DNA of 64,000 nucleotides from Gracilinanus agilis. Lineage: Eukaryota. Shown here piece after piece: positions 48,480-59,700 of this stretch. The first letter of the stretch is position 1; every line of letters begins with the position of its first letter. The translations under genes and the position numbers were made by a program. The DNA lies in contig NC_058135.1 of assembly GCF_016433145.1 (NCBI RefSeq), positions 205,306,844-205,370,843 of the forward strand, in the 5' to 3' direction. The notes beneath the pieces were generated by a model, which was not told the DNA's origin, did no database searches, and saw only the letters and a program-made list of their open reading frames with translations.

Positions 48480-49110
48480 GTTCATTTCACTCTAGATTTA
48501 AGACAATGAAAGTACCTTCTGCCTCACTGGGCTTTCCATTTTACTGGCTGATTCTTCCTAGAATTTTCTTTTAAGTAGAATTCACTGGTAAACTATGTCT
48601 TTATTCCTTTTCAGTCTGAACTAATGACTCTTCAGACTTTTTCTACAGTATAACTGCTGAATACCTTTATCTTTCCCTTCCTCTCACTTTTCAGCTTTCT
48701 TTTATATATTGTTTTCTTTCATTAGCATGTAAGTTCCTTGAAAGCAGGGACTACCTTTGTTTCTTCTTGTATTTGTATTCTCATTACTTACCTCAGTACC
48801 TGGTATCTTATTGTTATTTAGTTGTTCAGTCATATTCTATTCTTTGTTACCTGGTAGATTGTATTATTATTGGGGTTTTATTGGCAATGTTACCAGAGTA
48901 GTTCACCATTTCCTTCTCCAGTGGATTAAGATATACAGAGGTTAAGTGATTTGCTCAAGGTCATATAGTTAACAAGTAGAGGAGGCTGACTTTGAACTCA
49001 GGTCTTCCTGACTCTGGGTTCAGTAGTCTATCTAGTGAGCCATCTAGCTACCTTCCTATCTCCATCTCCCCACCCTATCCCAGTATATAAAACTTGCTTA
49101 ATGAATGTTT
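48480..49110 (+). mobile_element. L2 3' end with an inverted MAR1-type SINE inserted at about 48815-49060
   Basis: cattagcatgtaagttccttgaaagcaggga...; caccatttccttctccagtggattaag...tttgaactcaggtcttcctgac. Confidence 0.8.
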
Positions 49111-49479
49111 TTTTCTTAACCTTTACTTTTTTATTTGACTTAAATAGGTCATCTTATCCAATCCACTAATGTTGTAGACTAGCACAGTGAGCTTCAGTCC
49201 AAAGTCAGGAGAAAGTGTATTTCAGACCTAGGTTTGATATTTTTATCTAGGTCATATAACAACATCATTTAACGTAGGACAGTTCTAATTGTTATAAGTT
49301 TTCCCCTTTTAACAAACTAAAATATTTATTTTTTCCCATTGCTTTTAATTTTGCTTTTTGTAGCCAAAGCAGAAAAACAACTGCTTACTCTTTCATATCT
49401 TTGAAGACAACAGTCAATGTGCTCTCTCAGTTTCCTTTTTTCTATACTGTGCACATAATCTATATTTCTTCAACTTTTT

Positions 49480-50500
49480 AAAAACAATATTTTATTTTTC
49501 CTCAATTATGTGTGAAAACAATTTTTAACATTCCTTCTTTAAATTTTGAAATCCAAAGTCTCTCCCTTCCCCCCCCTCCTTCCCTTACCCCATCCCTGAG
49601 ACAGTAAGTAATATGATATAGATTTTTACATGTATGGTCAAGTAAAACATTTTTTCATATTAATCATTTTGTGGAAGCAATCTCAAATAAAAATCAAAAC
49701 GAGAAAATTAAAATATGATATGTTCCAGTCTGCATTCTTACTCAATCAGTTCTTTCTCTGGAGGTAAATGGCATTTTCTTTTCTTCTCTTCTCTTTTTTT
49801 TAAACTCTTACCTTCTGTTTTAGAATCAATACTGTGTAGGTTCCCAAGGCAGAAGAGTGGTAAGGGCTAGGCAAGGGGGTTAAATGACTTGTCCAGGGTC
49901 ACACAGCTGGAAAGTGTCTGAAGCCAGATGTGAACCTAGGACCTCCCATCTCTAGGCCTGGCTCTCAATCACTGAGCCACCCAGCTACCTCTGCATTTTT
50001 TCATCATAAATCTTTGGGACTCTCTTGGATTATTGTATTTCTGAGAATTGGCTAAATAATCCACAGTAGTTCATCAAACAATATTGTTGTTACTGTGTGC
50101 AATGTTCTTCTGATTCTGCGCACATCACTTTGCATCAGTTCATAAAGGTCTTTCCAGGTTTTTCTGAAATCATTCTGTTCATCATTTCTTATAGCACAAT
50201 AATATTCTATTGCCATCACATACCACAGTTTGTTCAGCCATTCCTTAGTTGATGAGCATCCTCTCAATCTCCAATTCTTTGCTACCACAAAGAGAGCTGC
50301 TATAAATAGTTTTGTACAAATAGGTCCTCTTCTGTTTTTTTTTAATCTCTTTTGAATACTCAGCTAGTATTGCTGGATCAAAGTATATGCAAAGTTTTAC
50401 AGTTCTTTAGGCATAGTTCCAAATTGCTCTCCAGAATGGTTATACCAGATCACAATTCCACCAACAGTTTTAGTGGCCCAATTCTCCCACATTTCCTCCA
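49480..50500 (-). mobile_element. Older L1 ORF2 C-terminus and 3' UTR
   Basis: ORF 50052..50288 (VAKNWRLRGCSSTKEWLNKLWYV) is the L1 ORF2 C-terminus. Confidence 0.92.
49778..49992 (-). mobile_element. SINE1_Mdo-type SINE inserted in the L1
   Basis: Complete element; TSD gcatttt at 49771-49777 and 49993-49999. Confidence 0.95.
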
Positions 50501-51019
50501 ACATTTATTTCTTGACATGGCCTCTTACCATCCTAATTTCTGCCTTTTGGACATTCTCTCTGCCCTATCAATGTCCTTCTAAAATACAGTGCTGAGATCT
50601 TGACAGAATATTCCTGATGTGGTCTCATCAGATCACCCCTCATTCAATAAATTCCAGTGATTTCCAATTACCTATGGAGCAAACAAAGCTTTTTCTTTGG
50701 CATTTAAAGATCTTTTCAACCTGCCATAGTCTATATTTTAAGTTTTCTTACTATTTTTTCTATTCCATACATTGTGCAACTCAATGAGTTAAATGGACCT
50801 ATTTGTTGTTCCTCAAACATACCACTCCACTGCTCATCAACTTTGGCACTAGCTACCCCCCTATGTCTAAAATGTTCTCCTATCCTACCTCCCCCTCTTA
50901 GTTTTCCTGACTTCCTTCAAGACTTAGCTCAAATATAACCTTCTATAAGAGGCTTTTTGCAGTTACTAGTGCTTTCCTCTCTGAGATTATCTTCTACTTA
51001 TCCTTCTCACATATACATT

Positions 51020-52220
51020 TGGTGTCAGCCTTTCATCTGACCCTTTCCTGTGGCTCTAAAAAGCTGTAGCATATACATTGGCCACACTCCAATAAAAACA
51101 CCTCAGAAAATGGGCTAAACCAGCTTAAGCATAGTCAACAGACTCAAGTCCTTGAGTTAGGGAGATGTCTACTCTCTGCATGTGAAGACTTCCTGCAGTA
51201 GAATGGGCAGATGAGAACAATCTGTTCCATCAGCCATCAAGGTGGCTGTGTAGAAATGTAGGTAAGGGATAAAGTATATTTCATGGATTAACTTAAAGAG
51301 GAAAAGAGGAGAATTTGTATACAAGCCACAGGAAAGGATTCTGACAAAAAAACAAGGACTGTGGGAGTTTACTGGCATTAACTGACAGTCATTCTCTCTC
51401 CTATTTTGACTGAGCTAGAAGGAGGTTTTGCTCTGGCAAATTTCCCTTGGTTGTCCTAATCTTGTGGAGAGATTAGTGATTTCCTTGGTTGAGAGTTTGC
51501 CTTGGAGTGAAATGTCTTTTCCCTGAGGTACAGAGACCATCTGCTTGTGATCCATCTGCCAGAAATCCAGTTGGCCAAGGTAATCCAAGGATTGTCAACT
51601 GGGACTTTGGGTTATCTAGTGAAGCCAAACCCAGGCTTTAGGTAAGGGCTCAAATATACCTATGAGTCCTTCCTTCTTCTGTGTCCTTTTTGTTAATCCA
51701 TATAAATTAGGATAGGTATAATCAGATAGCTTTGGGGGGTCTTAGATAAGAGCAGGGAACTATAGGCAGGGTCCAGAGAAGACAAGAAGTACATCCTCTT
51801 GTGAGGTGCATAGAAGTTGGGTGGAGCCTAGATTTTAATAGTGTTTGGACCTTGCCTACCAGTTTCCCTTATCCCAACCATAAAATAAACTTGTTTTTCT
51901 ATAACCTAAGGGTTTTGTGCTTTACTGGCCTAGAGAGTTCCCTAGGTGAGTGGTTATCATCTCCCATCCATCTAGAAAGGATCATTATTTCATCTGAAAC
52001 AGGTACTGTGGAGTGCTTAGAGACTGGTCATATATCAAAGGTGCCACAGTCATCTGTGGCATCCTGGACCATCAACAGTCATCCTGACTTTTGTCCTGCC
52101 ATAGGACTTTGATGATTCAGGAAAAGATAATGAGGCTGACAGTTTTGTACAACTCAATTAAACCCATTTCATGAGCAATTCAAGACATCACTTTTGAAAA
52201 TGATGGACAAACAACAACAA
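51020..52220 (+). mobile_element. RTE-derived SINE (WALLSI/RTESINE-like) split by an LTR
   Basis: tttcatctgaccctttcctgtggctc...gcatgtgaagacttcc...ggtggctg | aaacaggtactgtggagtgcttagag...caagacatcac...ggacaaacaacaacaa. Confidence 0.8.
51249..51992 (+). mobile_element. Solo LTR (about 744 bp)
   Basis: TG...CA ends, AATAAA at about 51884 followed by a T-rich U5-like segment, 4-bp flanks gctg / tctg. It interrupts an otherwise colinear RTE-SINE. Confidence 0.75.
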
Positions 52221-52937
52221 TATATATGTACCTCCATGTTTTTATATGTTGTCTTCCATGTTAGAATGTAAGTTACTTGAAGGCAGGGACACTTTTGGTC
52301 TTTCTCTGTATCCTTAGTAATTATCATAGGACTTGGTACATAGTAAACACTTAATAAATATTTATTGATTGACTGATAAGTGTAATATAGGATTTTTAAC
52401 CTTGCCATGTTGGCTTAGGGCAAACCTGTCAGTTGCCCTGGATGGAATGTTGAAGGTGGCATGAGCCACAACTGTCAGTGAACCAAGAGTATAAAAATCC
52501 CTGGAGACCCAGGGCTGGGTTCTGTTTTTCCCAGACTTCGTCCTGAGCATTCACTTACCTCTTACCCCACCTTGGGCCCCGGGTGGCAGGAGTGAGAACG
52601 TGGGTAGCTAGGCCTAGGATAGGGTAGGATTTTTAGATCTAATCTTCAAGAGCAACTCAATAATATAATTATCATCACTGGCAAGATTTAGTCCAAGAAA
52701 TAACTTTATTTATCAACCAGAGACTGCATCACTCAGACCCAGGTCTATTACCTCATTATGGATAGTATGCCTCTTTTAATGTGGTCTCATATAGCATTAG
52801 CCCTTTGGGCTGCCCTATTACATTCCTTGTTGATATTGAGTTTAAAAATTCAATGAAACTCCTAGGCCTTTTACATTTATTTATATTTACCCAATCCTGC
52901 TTTGCATCATTCCTGTTATTCATGGCTAATCTAAGAA

Positions 52938-53172
52938 AAGCAGCATGATATGGTGGATAAAGAGCCATCTTCAGAAACAGGAAGGGTTAAAGACTTGCCT
53001 GACACCTACTGGCAATGTGACCCTGAGCAAATCACTACATCTCTCAGGGTTCTGGGAAATTCCCCAAGACTGATTTGCAAAGAAGATGACAACCTACATT
53101 GGTAGAATGAGTTTCCATATCCAAGGAGTTCCTTATACTAAAAATATATAGGTTCATTTCCTGTCCCCTATC
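52938..53172 (+). mobile_element. Near full-length marsupial core SINE
   Basis: gcagcatgatatggtggataaagag...gtgaccctgagcaaatcact...cattggtagaatgagtttcc. Confidence 0.85.
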
Positions 53173-54609
53173 GTCTCTTCTAACATCTCCCCTACTACCC
53201 TTTCTTATTAGATTGTAAAACACTAATTCTCAGTATCTTATTATAGAGACTTAGAGACTGAAATAAATGGTCAGTATCTAAGGAGTAGAGGAATGTATGA
53301 GAAACAACTATCTTCAGTGATCACTTTGCTCATTTATTCAGCAAAGGTCCATCAAGCATCCATTAAGTACAAAGTAGCATGTCACAGAAGAAGTTCTTTT
53401 TGAGTTTTGCCTCAAAACATAGGATGACAACATGTAGAGACTAAGGACTGGAGTGAGGAGAGGAGGGTATTCTAAGTATAAGAAAGAATAAAAGCCAAAT
53501 CACAAAGGTAATGATGGTACAGTCTGTATCCTAGAGGTGTCCAGTAATTACTTAGGTTATCTTATAAGAGATAAAGTCATTATCATCCTATTATCCTCAT
53601 ATTTTTATAGTGTTTTGAGGTTTATAACCCTGGAGAGGTAGATTAGAACTAGATTATAAAGAGCTCTGAATGTCATACTGAGAAATTTGGACTTAATTTA
53701 CCAAATAACAAATATCAGCAATTTAAAGGCTCTTTTCCCAATAATGTGACTCTTAGAAGATTCCACTGTGTAAGCACCATGTGGCATCATGCAGTTGACC
53801 TGTGGCTTTGAAGAAACCACTAAGCATTCTCATCTTGGCTGACAAGGTCTGAACACACTATGGGCATGAAGAGAGATGAGAGGCCAGGGAAGCCTAGCCT
53901 TGAGCCCTGCAGTGGGTCAAGCCCCAGGAAGTCAGCATTTTTGGCTTGAAGATGAGAAGACACAGTGTGAGGCTGACAGCAGGTCTAGGCCATGTGTACC
54001 CATGTGATACAGATTTCTAAACTCCTTCTACATCAAAGCTAGAAATATTCTGAGGTGAACCAGAGCAAAAGAACTCAAAGTTTGGGGATGAGGTAAGGCT
54101 GAGGTATGGACTGTATAGCTCTATTCTTCTACTTTGTTAAGTAAATACTTTCTAAGTCTGCCACATTTGATCCTCACAGCCACACTGTGAGGTAGGAGGA
54201 ATAAGTAATGTTAATGGCCCTATTTCACAGATAATAAAGCTGAGGCATGGAAAGGAAAAATGTGTTACTCAAGGTCACTCATTAGTTAGTAATAGAACCG
54301 GAACTTGAACCTGGGACACCAAGTCACAAGGGCTTTTTCTACTAAACTTCACTGTCTTTTTACAGACATATTTTCAATCTCTCCTCTTAATATTCTGTAA
54401 CAGGTAAAACTAGGCATTTCCCAGGAAAATGTTGAGTTCCTATTCTTCTTTAATGTCTACTGAACAATTCATGAAAATCCATGAACTTGGGCAAATCTCT
54501 GATTGAACTCCCCTTCAAGGGTACTTTTTATAAAAAGTATACTGACACCACACTGATGATTAAGTTCACAGCTCGGTCATCTATTTGAGCTATACCCCTG
54601 AGCTTTGCC

Positions 54610-54942
54610 TTTTTTTATTTTTAGATAATTAAGTAATTTATAATATTTTTTCATGGTTACACAATTCATGTTCTTTCCCTCCCCTCCTCCTATCCCCTCA
54701 CCCATAACCAATGAGCAATTCCACTGAGTTTTACATATGACAATGAATAAGATCTATTTCCATATTATTAATATTTGCATTAGGGTGATTACTTAGAGTC
54801 TACATCCCCAATCATATCCCCATTGACTCATGTGATCAAGCAGTTGTTTTTCTTCCGTGTTTCTATTCCCACAATTCTTTCTCTGGATGTGAATAGTATT
54901 CTTTCTCATAAGTCCCTCAGAATTGTCCTGAATCATTGCATT
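54610..54942 (-). mobile_element. L1 3' UTR (didelphid type)
   Basis: catggttacacaattcatgttctttcc...gtctacatccccaatcatatcccc...cataagtccctcagaattg. Confidence 0.9.
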
Positions 54943-55196
54943 CCTTTCCTTTTTTTAAAAAGAGACTCAAGAGGGGAGCAAAACTACAGAGAGGTCAAGA
55001 TCAGGTAGGATCTCCCTTTAAGACCCAAATTAAGCACCAACTCCTCCCAGAGACCTTTCCTAATTCCTTCAACAGTTTATGTTTCCTTCTTCCTACTTAT
55101 CTATAATGCTGTTGACATTCTCTCATACTCAAGGCAAGGCAAGGCAAGAAGTATTTATTAAGGATCCATGTGCCAAATGTTAAAATACAAACTTTT

Positions 55197-55390
55197 GGGA
55201 GCAGATAGGTGGCTCAGTAGCTAGAGAACCAAGCCTGGATACAGACTCAAATCTGGCCTCAGATACTTTCTAGATGTATGACTCTGGGCAAGTCATTGAA
55301 CTCCAACTACCTACCCCTTATCAGCCTTCTGCCTTAGAACAGATCCTAATTGCTGATTCTAAGACAGGAGTTAGAAATTCAAAATAAAAT
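55197..55390 (+). mobile_element. Diverged SINE1-type SINE
   Basis: gggagcagataggtggctcagtag...ctgggcaagtcattgaac...gccttctgccttagaac...gattctaagac. Confidence 0.85.
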
Positions 55391-55754
55391 ACGAGCTTTT
55401 TGAGATAAGTGCCTGTTTTGTCTTTGCCCCTATCCTAATTTCTAACACACAGTAGGAACTTCAGAAATGCTTGTTTACATAAAATAAATTGAAAAATTCT
55501 ATCTAGTCTGTGTGTGCTCCTAAAAAGCTCTAAACTATGAGCTCACTTATTTGGAGCAACCTGCCAGTAACTGAATTTAGTCTTACACTTGCTATTTATA
55601 TTCCATCCAAAACCAAAACAAACCAACCATCAAGTAATTGGTTCATACTACCAAGTTCTCAGCCTTCTGGATAGCCAATTGCATTTTTATGGGATTGATA
55701 CTCTAAGTTGAGTGGCCCATCTGTCCAGTCATTCATCCAGACTTTCAAAGAGTA

Positions 55755-55964
55755 TTTATTTATTTGATGTAATTCTTTATCTTTTGCCTTAGAACCAATA
55801 CTGAATATCAGTTCCAAGGCAGAAAAGCAGTTAAGGGGTAGGCAATTTGGGTTAAGTGACTTGACCAGGGTCACATATCTAGGAAGTATCTGAAACCACA
55901 TTTGAAACCAGGACCTCCCATCTCCAAGCTTGGCTCTCTACCTACTGAGCCACCTAGCTGCCCC
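55755..55964 (-). mobile_element. Diverged SINE1-type SINE inside an L2 tail
   Basis: ccttagaaccaatactgaatatcagttccaaggcagaa...gagccacctagctgcccc. Confidence 0.92.
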
Positions 55965-58540
55965 TGAATGAGCATTTATTAAGCATTTACTATATACACG
56001 GTCCTGGGGCAAATACAAAAAGTAGAGAAGACATAGCCCATATCCTCAGAAAGCTTATTGAGTAGTAGGGCTATCAGTTATGGGTACAAATAGTTATAAT
56101 CCAATATAAGCCTCCAGGACTCAAGAAAAGTAATGTAGTAGAAAGTATTTATATGCAGACAACCAGGATCCAAGTCTCAGCTCTGCTACTTAATAGCTGT
56201 GTACCTTGACCAGGTCCTCTCTCCTCTCTGGTTCTTAGTTTCTTCATGTATAAATTAAAAGGGTTATTCTAAGTGACCTCTAAAGTTTCCTTCAGTTCTA
56301 AATTCTATGATTCTAAGTGAAGTTAGAAGTCAAACAGTTAGGTCAGAATTGCTGCTGGCGTTAGTGGAAAATACTTTGGCCAGACTCCAAGAGGTTCTTT
56401 AAGACCACAAGGAACAAATAAGAGTCTTAGTTGTTTCTTTGATTTTCCCTTTCAAATGAGACTAGACTCCCCAAGGATGCTGCAGCTGGCCACCACAGAC
56501 CCTTCTGTCTTTTCCTTGCCTGGGCCAAATTTACTTTTCCCCCATCTCAAGTTATTGGTTTGTAAGGTAAGCTGCATTTGAATGAAGAGAGAGGGATAAA
56601 AATAGAACTTAATCATTATCCCAGAATCCCAGAAGTTTAGGCAGACATATGCTCATCAAGCTAAAGAGGACTCTTAAAGATCATATAGGACAATTCTCTC
56701 ACCTTAAAGAAGAGATCATTGAAGCCCAGTAGGGTTAAAGGTGACTTGCCCATGGTTATTCAGAGTATTACTGTCAGAGCAAGGAGTCTAGAACCCATGT
56801 TGCTTGACTCATCATCCTCTTTTAGTGTCCTAGATTCAGTACCACAACTATAGTGCCCCAACATACCAGAGTTTAGAGGGACCATGGAGGTCAACTACTT
56901 CAACCTCCTAACCAATACCATAATCCTGATTCAATATCCTGGGTAGATAGGAAATCTATAGAGTAGACATCCATTTATTACTAAGGACATTGATAAATTA
57001 TTTCCTCATGAAATGGCCCATTCCTTTTTTAATAGTTGCATTTGTTGTAAAATCTTCCCTAAAACTAAGGCTCTCTGTAGTGCCCTCCTTATCTACCCTG
57101 CCTCTCAAAAATATATTCTGGTACTAGTTGTTTCTCTTTTTCCTTAAATTCTAATAGAGACCAACAATTACTATTAAATTCCTTGGGAAACATTTTTGAG
57201 AGACAATGGAACTGTTAAAATTCTGATGGCTCCAAAGGTATTCACCAGAAATTCCTATACCTCCTTTTCCCCATGAGTCAGATACTTCTCTCTAGAATTT
57301 GGTACCTCACTAAAAATTTGACAAAAGCTATACACCCAGTCCAAGTTTCCCTTGCCCTCTCTACCAGATTTCCATTTTTTAAAAATGAACAAAAATGCAA
57401 AAGGAAGGAGATAAAGAGTATATGCAGTAACTAAGTGGCATGCTAGACCAGCAGTCAGGAAGACATGAATTCAAATCCATCTAGGAACTTGAAAAAGCAA
57501 GAGAGGGAAGGAAGGAGGAAGGGAGAAAGGGAGAAATGAAGGAATGAATGAACAAAGGAGTTGGAGCATTTGCTTAACACATTAGCTTTGTGATGTTGAT
57601 CATGTCACTTAAACTAACCTTCTTTTTCTTCATTTATAAAATTGAGACACTTGTCTTTCTACTTTGATATTTACATAAATAAATGAAGAATTAATTAAGT
57701 GGAGGAATATTAATTGTTTATAGTTAGGATGAGCTACTAAAATATAGATGATAATATGACTATATAATTTATCCATAGATTTAATATGGTACTACTTTAA
57801 AATAGCAGTGGTACATTTTATATAGAATTGGGCAAAATAATAACAAAATTCATGTAGGAATAAAAAATCATCATCCTCATTATCACTAATACAGTGCTGT
57901 AAGGTTCTCAAAGTAATTTACAAACATTATAGCATTTGATCATCCCCAAAAATAAACTTGTGCGGCAGGAATTATTATTTTTCTTAGCTTATAGATGAGA
58001 AAACTGAGGCTAAGAAAAATGATTTCCTCAGGGTCACAGAAGTATTAGTTACTTAAGGTAGGACTTAAAACTACCTCTTCTTTACTCTTCGTTAGGTAGT
58101 CTATCCAGTACCATCTCTCTAAAAAATAGAATGTTGGTCTTAGAGTTAGTAAGACTTGTGTCCAAATGCCCTCTTTGAAAATAGCTGTGTCACCAGGAGA
58201 AAATCACCTAATTTCTAGTACCTCAGACAGCTCCCTAGTACTTAAATAACTGTCATAGAAAGGTTAAAGTCTATTCTGATCCCTGTTATATTTGTAATAT
58301 GCTAGGTGCTAGTAGGATAAAGATAAAAATGGAAAAAAATCGGAGTCTCTGCCAACAAAAGCTTACCTTCTACTTTGGGGAAATCAAAATTAGATTATAC
58401 AGTAAGAATTTTTAAAACCCAGAGGAACCCAGTTCCTCTATAAGAACTATAGAAATGAAAATTCTTTGAAAATTTTACAAATAAAAGACAGAGTTCTGTT
58501 ATGAAAGCATAACTAGGTATGAGATCAGAAGACATCTTTT

Positions 58541-58835
58541 TAAATTTTTTATATTTTATTTCCCCCAATTACATATAAAACCAATTATTAACATTATTTT
58601 TTTAGTTTGAGCCAAATTCTCTCCCTCCCCTCTCCAGTCCTGATCTGGCAAGCTATCTGATATAGATTTACATGTAAATAAGGAAAAAAAACATATTAGT
58701 CATTTTGTAGAAGAGAACTTGAAAAAGAGAAATATGAAGAAAATGAAAGGCAATACATTTCAGTCTGCATTCAGACTCCATCAGTTCTTTCTCTAGAGGT
58801 AGATAGCATTTTTCATCATGAGTATTTGGGAATTG
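58541..58835 (-). mobile_element. 5'-truncated L1 3' end inserted in a MIR head
   Basis: Perfect 13-bp TSD gaagacatctttt at 58528-58540 and 58836-58848. Confidence 0.92.
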
Positions 58836-59449
58836 GAAGACATCTTTTCAAATCCAAACTCTGCCACTTAAAATTATAGATCTTTAACTAGAAGGGACCT
58901 CACACAATAGCTGGTTGATCCCTCTCATTTCACAGATGAGAAAAATAAGACACAAAGATATTAAGTTATTTGCTCAAGGTCACACAGACTATTATTGCAG
59001 CTGAGATGTGAACACAGGTTCTTTGATTCCAGAGCCAGTGATTTTTCCACTGTACCATAGAGCCTCCATGTGACCTTAAGTAAATCACTTACCTTCTCTA
59101 GATTTCATCTTTAAAAGAAGGGTTTGGTACTGAATGTACTCTAAGATCCCTTTCTAGCTTTAAATCCTATGACTCTACTAAACCATAAAATGTCGGATCC
59201 TACTGTAAGCTCCATCAAGGAATTATGTCTAATCAATACACTTTTATTCAAAGCATAATGCTCTGCACAAAGTAGGTGCTTTAAGATATATTGCAAATTG
59301 AATTGAAATTTGGTTTCAGAGAACTGAAACTCCATTTGAAATAACCTCTTTTAAAGTTTTACCCCTTCTAAAGATGGAGAATTATTAATAATGCTCCATT
59401 GATTAGATACCACTGTATTCCATTTCATAGTCCCTGATATGGTAGATTA

Positions 59450-59700
59450 AGGCAGCCAGGTGGTATAGTGGATAGAGTGCCCCACTTGGAATCTAGAAGT
59501 CCTGAGTTCAAATTCTGCCTTAGATAGTTATCAACTATGTTATTATGGGCAAGTCACTTAACCCCTCTCAGTCTTAGTTTCCTTATTTACAAAACGGGGT
59601 TAATAATAGTACCTACTTTCAGGTATTGTTATAAAATCATATTTTATAATATACTTGACCTTTTGCAAATGCAATGCAAACACTATTATTATTATCATGA
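59450..59700 (+). mobile_element. MIR core SINE, near full length
   Basis: ggcagccaggtggtatagtggatagag...gggcaagtcacttaacccctctcagtc...gtaataatagtacctac. Confidence 0.9.

Larger units (their letters stand above)
50640..52376 (+). mobile_element. L2 3' end interrupted at about 51015-52225
   Basis: cttcaagacttagctcaaatataaccttc (50910-50940) continues at ccatgttagaatgtaagttacttgaaggcaggga...ttaataaatatttattgattgactga. Confidence 0.85.
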
